Assembly (NCBI GenBank): GCA_963720265.1
Contig: CAVRET010000002.1
Location: 136,704-200,703, forward strand
Direction of reading: 5' to 3'
From: an uncultured bacterium
GTDB lineage: Bacteria; Patescibacteriota; Saccharimonadia; UBA4664
DNA: 64,000 bases
Both the position numbers and the translations under genes were made by a program. This document shows, in pieces, positions 57,869 to 64,000 of the stretch. Numbering within the stretch: the stretch's first letter is position 1; every line of letters begins with the position of its first letter. The notes below the pieces were generated by a model. It was given only the letters and a program-made list of their open reading frames with translations, was not told the origin of the DNA and did no database searches.

Positions 57869-58789
57869 ATGGCCGAACTCCATCTCTCTGAACTTATCAC
57901 CGACTTTCTCGAGCACCTCGAGATCGAGCAAAATCGCTCGCAAAAAACCATTGCCAATTACGATCACTATCTCCAGCGCTTGGTTGAATTCACCGATGAT
58001 TGCGACATTGCGACACTCGATGCCGAAATGGTCCGCCAGTGGCGCCTCCACCTTAACCGCACCAAGGACGCCGCAGGCCGTGAGCTCACTAAGACCACCC
58101 AAAACTACCACCTCATAGCGCTCCGCAGCTTTCTCAAATACCTCACTAAGCGCGACATCAAAGCCCTCGACTCAGCCAAAATTGAGCTCGCTAAGGTGGC
58201 CAGGCCGCAAGTCACCTTTCTCACGTCCGAAGAAATCGACCGCCTGGTAGACGCCATCGACACATCCAACCCGATCGGCATGCGTGACCGCGCCCTCATC
58301 GAGCTGCTCTTTTCCGGTGGTCTGCGCGTCTCCGAACTCGTTGGCTTAAACCGCGACCACATCAACCTCGAGCGCCGCGAATTCGTGGTCCGCGGCAAAG
58401 GCCAGAAAGACCGCCCCATTTTCATTTCGCCCCGCGCCGCCGACTGGCTCGCCAGATATCTTGAAACCCGGCATGACACCGGGAGTCCGCTTTTCATCCA
58501 CTACTCCGGCACCAAAGACGAGCTCGAGGACGGCATGTACACTCGCCTCACCGCGAGAAGCGTCCAGCGCCTCGTCAATCGCTATGCCAAAGCCGCCGGC
58601 ATTACCAAAACCGTCACCCCCCACACCCTGCGCCACAGTTTTGCCACCGACCTACTCCAAAACGGCGCCGACCTCCGCAGTGTCCAGGGCCTCCTCGGCC
58701 ACGCCAACGTAGCGACTACGCAGATCTACACTCACGTCACCGACCCGCAGCTAAAAAGCGTTCATGAACGCTTCCACGCCAGCCACTAG
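57869..58789 (+). CDS. XerC/XerD-type tyrosine recombinase
   Basis: RDRA..ELL...GLR.SE, GKG.K.R, HTLRHSFAT, LGH...TTQIY. Confidence 0.92.
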   Translation: MAELHLSELITDFLEHLEIEQNRSQKTIANYDHYLQRLVEFTDDCDIATLDAEMVRQWRLHLNRTKDAAGRELTKTTQNYHLIALRSFLKYLTKRDIKALDSAKIELAKVARPQVTFLTSEEIDRLVDAIDTSNPIGMRDRALIELLFSGGLRVSELVGLNRDHINLERREFVVRGKGQKDRPIFISPRAADWLARYLETRHDTGSPLFIHYSGTKDELEDGMYTRLTARSVQRLVNRYAKAAGITKTVTPHTLRHSFATDLLQNGADLRSVQGLLGHANVATTQIYTHVTDPQLKSVHERFHASH

Positions 58790-59805
58790 CACGGATACGG
58801 AGTCTGAGCTGTGTCGTTGATCACATTAAAGTCTTTGCAAACATTGGTATCTGAATAGATCACATAGTTAAGATAGCCCGACGCCTGATTTCCAATCGGC
58901 AACTCGGAAACCACCCGGCGATACTCGGTACCAACATGCGCCGTCACATCGATGAGCGCCGTGTTTGTCGGCACTTGCACCTCATTGCCGGTGCCGTCAT
59001 TTCCGGTCATAAAGGTCAGCTTGTAGGGCGTCGAGACATACCGCGACCGGAGACGAAAGAGATAGCCGTACGCGTTACTCGGCAGGCCCATGTACGTTAA
59101 GATCATCTCGCAGTTATACTGCTGCCCCGACCCTAGCGGCGTGCACTGGGCAGACACCGGGCTATTTGTTGTAAACGCCGGCACGTTGTATTCATCCTGT
59201 GTGCCGCCATGCGCGCCGCCGGGGTTAAGCACCGTATTCTCTAAGGTCAAACCGGCGCTTCCGGCAGTAAAGCCACCGGCCGGATATTGCACCACTGACA
59301 CTTCCAGCGGCGGCACCCCGGACGGCACGACGGTCGTATAACTTGCCGGCGGCGCCGGAAAGCTCGGCAGCGTGTAATCAGCCGCATTCGGATCGCTTGA
59401 TTGCCCCCACTGGATAATCACACTGTGAAAGGGCTGCGCCAGGGACGTGCCCGGATTAATCGTGGTTGCCACATCCGGCTGGCTCAAATTGCCAAACGGT
59501 GTGCCTGTGAATTCAACCTGCTGGCACGTCCAACCGGCCAGCGTGGGGTCAAACGGCAGAGTGCCGGCCTCACAGCCTTGATCAGCCGTAATTGTCCCAT
59601 CCAACACCTTGGCTGCTGCTGCCTCAATACCGGCCTCAGCCACGTAGTACGCCCGCACCGATTGCTCCGCATCCTCCGACTTCCTCAGCTGCACCGTCTC
59701 AATTGAGATGATTCCGAGCGAAATAATCGTCAGGAGGAGGCTTATAAAGACGCACGTTATCAGCGACACATAACCATCTTCATTGCGCACACGCAGGTAT
59801 TTCAT
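58786..59805 (-). CDS. PilX-like minor pilin
   Basis: G|YVSLIT..; A.Y.AEAGIE. Confidence 0.8.
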   Translation of the reverse strand: MKYLRVRNEDGYVSLITCVFISLLLTIISLGIISIETVQLRKSEDAEQSVRAYYVAEAGIEAAAAKVLDGTITADQGCEAGTLPFDPTLAGWTCQQVEFTGTPFGNLSQPDVATTINPGTSLAQPFHSVIIQWGQSSDPNAADYTLPSFPAPPASYTTVVPSGVPPLEVSVVQYPAGGFTAGSAGLTLENTVLNPGGAHGGTQDEYNVPAFTTNSPVSAQCTPLGSGQQYNCEMILTYMGLPSNAYGYLFRLRSRYVSTPYKLTFMTGNDGTGNEVQVPTNTALIDVTAHVGTEYRRVVSELPIGNQASGYLNYVIYSDTNVCKDFNVINDTAQTPYPC

Positions 59806-60386
59806 CGCGGCTCAGCTCCTGAGGTTAACTTAACGACTGAACAAAATTGCAAATCGGCAGCCGAACCAGTACAGACAAAGTCGCTGCCGTTCCAGGTGGC
59901 AGTACCGTTATTCGGCGCCACTTCCAGTTTCAATTGCGTTTCCGGCTTCCACTGCGGGTCAGTCGGGTTTGCACTCTCAAGAGTTGCGTCAAAGTTGGCC
60001 TCCTCATTGCTGGCCGTTAGCGGCGTCGAAGTCGCATATGGCGGCGAACAATTGGTAGTCTCATACAGGACCTGTGACGACGAATCAACATAAAAACCAA
60101 CGTCCGGTCCGCCCGCACTAGTCAGACACAAGGTCGGGGAAGGTGCACCCTGCACCGTCGGTGTCACCACGCCGGACGAATCCCGCACCGCTGCCACCAT
60201 CGCATCCATGGCAGTCCTGGCGTTGTCTTGAGCGGCGTTTGATGTATAGGCCTCATTGTGTAGCCGCACCACGTTAATAAATCCGGTCACAATGATAAGC
60301 AAGAAAAAGCCAAAGATCGCCATGGCCAACACTAGCTCAATCATGGTAAAACCGTCAGCCTGCACTAATTCCCTGCTCATGGGCAT
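59802..60386 (-). CDS. PilW-like minor pilin
   Basis: G|FTMIEL. Confidence 0.85.
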   Translation of the reverse strand: MPMSRELVQADGFTMIELVLAMAIFGFFLLIIVTGFINVVRLHNEAYTSNAAQDNARTAMDAMVAAVRDSSGVVTPTVQGAPSPTLCLTSAGGPDVGFYVDSSSQVLYETTNCSPPYATSTPLTASNEEANFDATLESANPTDPQWKPETQLKLEVAPNNGTATWNGSDFVCTGSAADLQFCSVVKLTSGAEPR

Positions 60387-60994
60387 GGACCCCCACCGGG
60401 CTGCAATCCTAAATTAACGAGTTGGGTTGGGATATCACTATAATCAACCGCACCGCTCCCACCGCGCGGGTTAAACTGGTAGGCCAAATCAAAGTCAAAC
60501 CCGCAGCCCTGATCAGCCAACGCGGTTGAACTGGTAATATCCATGATTGCGCTTGGTAGGGACAACAGATTATCAGTGTTCAGCGTTGAGGGCGTTAATT
60601 CGCCCACTACCGGCACCCATTGAGTAACACCAAACCCGGTATTTTGCAGCTCCATATGGAAGCAGCTAGTTGCACTATTGAGACAGGTGGTCGAGGCGGA
60701 CAGGGCTTGATCAACTCCGCAATACCCCCCGGCTCCACATCCGCTACCACTCTGGAACTCGGCCCAGGTATGATTGTCACGAAAATTCCGCAAGGCTTCC
60801 ATTTGCGACTGCGCCGCTTCCACGATCTGTGTGCGCTCGCTCGCATCCTGGCCGGTCCGGAGAGCCAGTGTCACGATTGAAATCGCACCCACCAGCACCG
60901 CGCCCAGGATCGTCAAAGCTAGCGTCACTTCAATCAAAGTGTCGCCACGCTCATTCCCCCGCCGGCGCGCCATCCTCAACTTAAGCATAACCAC
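60377..60994 (-). CDS. PilV-like minor pilin
   Basis: G|DTLIEV...A...ME.LR. Confidence 0.8.
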   Translation of the reverse strand: MVMLKLRMARRRGNERGDTLIEVTLALTILGAVLVGAISIVTLALRTGQDASERTQIVEAAQSQMEALRNFRDNHTWAEFQSGSGCGAGGYCGVDQALSASTTCLNSATSCFHMELQNTGFGVTQWVPVVGELTPSTLNTDNLLSLPSAIMDITSSTALADQGCGFDFDLAYQFNPRGGSGAVDYSDIPTQLVNLGLQPGGGPCP

Positions 60995-61040
60995 CTTTAC
61001 TATACCACGCGGCCATCAATTATTTCGCTCAAGGGGTGCA

Positions 61041-61802
61041 TCAATTGGCTCCGCTTAATCTCAGATACCAGCTCACGAGCTCAGACGTAAACCACATTGC
61101 CACAAACGTGCCGAGGACCAAGAACGGCCCAAACGGAATCTGGTCTTTCCGCCCGCGCCTGCGCAGCGCAATCAGGGTAAGCCCCACCAACGCCGCCGAG
61201 TTAAACGCCACCAGCATCGCCACCGCTGTCCCCTTCAGCCCCAACAACAAACCCATCGCTGCCGCCAGTTTAATATCGCCGCCGCCCATCGCCCGGCCCT
61301 GCGACAGCACCACCAAGGCATAGAAGCCTCCTCCGGCCAGCGCACCTGCTACCACCGGCCCAAGCACCATACGTGGCGCGTGCAGCATAAGCGCCAGCAC
61401 CACCTCGCCGGCAAGAGCCCAAGCCGTGAGCGGCAACGTCAGCTTGTCCGGCAACAGCATCCACCTTAGGTCATACACTGCCAGAGCTATGAGCATAGCC
61501 GCCGCCACCCACCACCACACCAATTGCACCCAGCCGATTGCGCCCATGGGCATCGCCACGTACGCGCTGACTGCAAACACCACGCCACACGCGAGCTCCA
61601 CTACTGGGCTGTCTTTAATGGGCTTGCGGCAATACCGGCACCGGCCGCGTAAAAGCAGCCAACTCACGACCGGCACCAAATCCTTGGCCGCCAGTTGGTG
61701 TCCGCATTCCGGGCATTCACTGCGGCCGTGCACCCAACTTTTACCCACATACAATCGCCACACCAAGGCGTTAATAGCCGAACCCACGATCAGGCCCAGC
61801 AC
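61041..61802 (-). CDS. pilD: Prepilin peptidase
   Basis: RS.CP.C...DL.P..SW...GRCR.C, GGGDIK, PFGPF. Confidence 0.92.
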   Translation of the reverse strand: MLGLIVGSAINALVWRLYVGKSWVHGRSECPECGHQLAAKDLVPVVSWLLLRGRCRYCRKPIKDSPVVELACGVVFAVSAYVAMPMGAIGWVQLVWWWVAAAMLIALAVYDLRWMLLPDKLTLPLTAWALAGEVVLALMLHAPRMVLGPVVAGALAGGGFYALVVLSQGRAMGGGDIKLAAAMGLLLGLKGTAVAMLVAFNSAALVGLTLIALRRRGRKDQIPFGPFLVLGTFVAMWFTSELVSWYLRLSGAN

Positions 61803-61830
61803 CGCCGCGTATACAATTAGCAGTATGGCG

Positions 61831-62289
61831 CTAATGGTTATCGATACAGGTCGTGCCGCCGCCCTGCTCCAACCGCATCTGCACCATAAACTCTTGGCTC
61901 GTCAGAGCCGTTACTCCATCACAAGCAGTACCGCCCAGCTCATACGATATACTGCCGGGCGTCGAACCCGGAGTCGCACCCGTCGTATAGCCAACGGTAA
62001 AGTAATCGGTATGCACAGATGGATCGTCAAAGTTCGCCGGTGTGTAGCTGCCGGTTGGGCCCCAATCAGCCGCACTGGTCAAATTAGCCGGATACATACC
62101 CTCGTTATTACCCGCATATAACTCAATCTGGGCTGCCAGCCGCTGAAGGTCACGCTTGCGCTGAGTGTCACGGCGGCTTTTCTGTGCTCCCCCAAGTGCC
62201 AAGAACACGATCAGCAGGATCAAGCCAGCAATCGCCAAGACTAAGGAAAGCTCGATCAGAGTGAAGCCATGTTCTCGTTTACTAGTCAT
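61831..62289 (-). CDS. Type IV pilin
   Basis: G|FTLIEL...RD.QRK.D. Confidence 0.88.
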   Translation of the reverse strand: MTSKREHGFTLIELSLVLAIAGLILLIVFLALGGAQKSRRDTQRKRDLQRLAAQIELYAGNNEGMYPANLTSAADWGPTGSYTPANFDDPSVHTDYFTVGYTTGATPGSTPGSISYELGGTACDGVTALTSQEFMVQMRLEQGGGTTCIDNH

Positions 62290-62332
62290 ACTCACCTGCT
62301 CTTACTCATATGTAACCATAAGTATTATATCC

Positions 62333-62358
62333 AAAAAGAGGCCCGAAGGCCTCTTTTT
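62333..62358. terminator. Intrinsic terminator after major pilin
   Basis: AAAAAGAGGC-CCGAAG-GCCTCTTTTT. Confidence 0.75.
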
Positions 62359-62375
62359 GTTCAGTCAACTAACTC

Positions 62376-62813
62376 CTAATGGTTGTCGACACAGAAGCTA
62401 CCACCCTGCTCCTGATAGATAGTCACGGCATAGTTGTTGGCGCTTGGAGTGCCAGCAACATTCGGACAGAATGCACCGCCTTGGTATTCAATCTGGCCCG
62501 CCGTTGGAGCAGCGCCCACAATTGTGTAAGCACCACCGGTCGAAGGGTCCTTGCGGCTGAAGTACTGCGCGGTAATATCGGTCGCGGCCGCGGCAGCGTT
62601 CACCGGGTAAGTACCACCGTTATTGCTAGCCCACGATTCAACAGACGACACAAACGCGCTCGCATCATTCTTGCGCTGGTTGTCGCGCCGGGCCTTTTGT
62701 GCGCCGGACAGCGCCAGGAAGACGATCAGCAGGATCAAACCAGCAATCGCCAGCACTAAGACGATTTCAATGAGAGTGAATCCCCGCTCTCGCTTTATGA
62801 GACTTTTTGTCAT
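62376..62813 (-). CDS. Type IV pilin (probable major pilin)
   Basis: AGAAAGGTG SD; G|FTLIEI; own terminator. Confidence 0.88.
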   Translation of the reverse strand: MTKSLIKRERGFTLIEIVLVLAIAGLILLIVFLALSGAQKARRDNQRKNDASAFVSSVESWASNNGGTYPVNAAAAATDITAQYFSRKDPSTGGAYTIVGAAPTAGQIEYQGGAFCPNVAGTPSANNYAVTIYQEQGGSFCVDNH

Positions 62814-62893
62814 GTAGCTCACCTTTCTTACGATATGATTTCTAAAACTTGTGCTCAGTATTACACTTATGCTTTTTCGCGTCAACTAACGGA

Positions 62894-64000
62894 TTAATGC
62901 AGGTTGCTGATACCGCCCGAGCCGACCAAACCGTAGACTGGCAACAAAATAGCCGCGATCACACCGCCCACCACCACGCCCAAAATCACCATCATCACGG
63001 GCTCAATCGTGGTCGACAGGTTCTTCACTTCTTCATCAAGCTCACCCTCAAAATACGTCGCCACCCGGTCGAGCATTGAGTCAATCGCGCCCGACTCTTC
63101 ACCGATCTTAATCATCTGTGGTACCAGGCGCGTAAACGTGGGCTGCTCTATGAGCATCGATGACAGCGCCTTACCGCCCTTCACACCATCCATGGCCTTC
63201 TCGATCGCCGCCTCCACGTGCACGTTGGAAACCGCTTCTTTCACAATGCGCAGCGCCTCCAGCATGGGGATACCGCTTTCGAGCATGGTGCCCAGTGTGC
63301 GCGCAAATCGCGCCATGTACATCTTGCGATAGAGCCGTCCAAAAACCGGCACATCTAATTTCAAGCTGTCAATCATGCTCCGGCCGGGCGGGGTGTGAAT
63401 GTAGCTGCGCAGTGCAAACACAGCACCCACCAGCGCGATCAGCACGAGTATCCACAAGTGCTGTACGATGTTCGAAATAGCCAGCAAAATGCGGGTCATG
63501 ATCGGCAATGTTTGGCCCAAGCTCTGGTACAGGTCCCCCACCTGGGGCAATACTGTGGTCAACATAAATATCAACACCGCGATGATCACAGCCAAGACAA
63601 TGATCGGATAAATCAGCGCGCTCCGGATCTTGCTCAAAATAGCCGCATCCTTTTCCTGCTGGTTGGCAATACGCTCCATCGTCTTATCAAGTGAGCCGGA
63701 CGCTTCGCCAGCGGCCACCAAGCTCACGTACACATTGCTAAACACCTTCGGAAACTGCGCGAATGACTGACTCAGTGAAACGCCGGATTCCACGCTCGTA
63801 ACAACTTCGGTGACCACCCTTTGCAGCGTCTGGCTCTGGAGCTGCTCACCGACAGTCCGCAAACTCTGGGTAAGGGGCAGGCCAGCGTTAATCAAGGTCG
63901 ACATCTGCCTCGTGAAGATCACCCGGTCCTTTGAACTGACATGCCCGCCAAAGCCGGTTTGGGCGAGCAGCCCGCTTTCGCTCTTTTGGTCGATTGAGAT
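62894..64000 (-). CDS. pilC: Type IV pilus platform protein PilC/GspF (5' end off window)
   Basis: FTRQMSTL..AG, GEASG.LD, A..YP, GEESG, IEP. Confidence 0.93.
   Translation of the reverse strand: MSIDQKSESGLLAQTGFGGHVSSKDRVIFTRQMSTLINAGLPLTQSLRTVGEQLQSQTLQRVVTEVVTSVESGVSLSQSFAQFPKVFSNVYVSLVAAGEASGSLDKTMERIANQQEKDAAILSKIRSALIYPIIVLAVIIAVLIFMLTTVLPQVGDLYQSLGQTLPIMTRILLAISNIVQHLWILVLIALVGAVFALRSYIHTPPGRSMIDSLKLDVPVFGRLYRKMYMARFARTLGTMLESGIPMLEALRIVKEAVSNVHVEAAIEKAMDGVKGGKALSSMLIEQPTFTRLVPQMIKIGEESGAIDSMLDRVATYFEGELDEEVKNLSTTIEPVMMVILGVVVGGVIAAILLPVYGLVGSGGISNLH

Overview
Bacterial chromosomal window in standard code 11. Gene content and synteny point to a Patescibacteria/CPR genome, probably Saccharibacteria-like (inference): murT/gatD, thrS, miaA, rpmB, rplY, nrdR, ndk, a Xer-type recombinase, a type IV pilus cluster and a cohesin-FN3-dockerin surface protein. 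I identify 8 tRNAs, a probable 6S RNA, a T-box riboswitch with an ultrashort Stem I upstream of thrS, two IS200-type elements and one IS982. The most notable structure is at tRNA 3' ends. (i) An 8.4-kb large-serine-recombinase (LSR) island sits in tRNA-Arg(CCT), and its recombinase gene is split by integration. (ii) Two recombinase-less tandem cassette arrays sit at tRNA-Gly(CCC) and tRNA-Asp(GTC). Their cargo (NUDIX, HIT, methyltransferase, two toxin-antitoxin pairs, a lipoprotein) is separated by repeated attP-like arms. These arms begin with the tRNA CCA end, mimic the tRNA T-loop with an exact 5-bp offset and encode a recombinase-like C-terminal tail. This suggests an integron-like, tRNA-anchored cassette accretion system run by serine recombinases in trans. 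All calls are from motif reading; no database searches were run.
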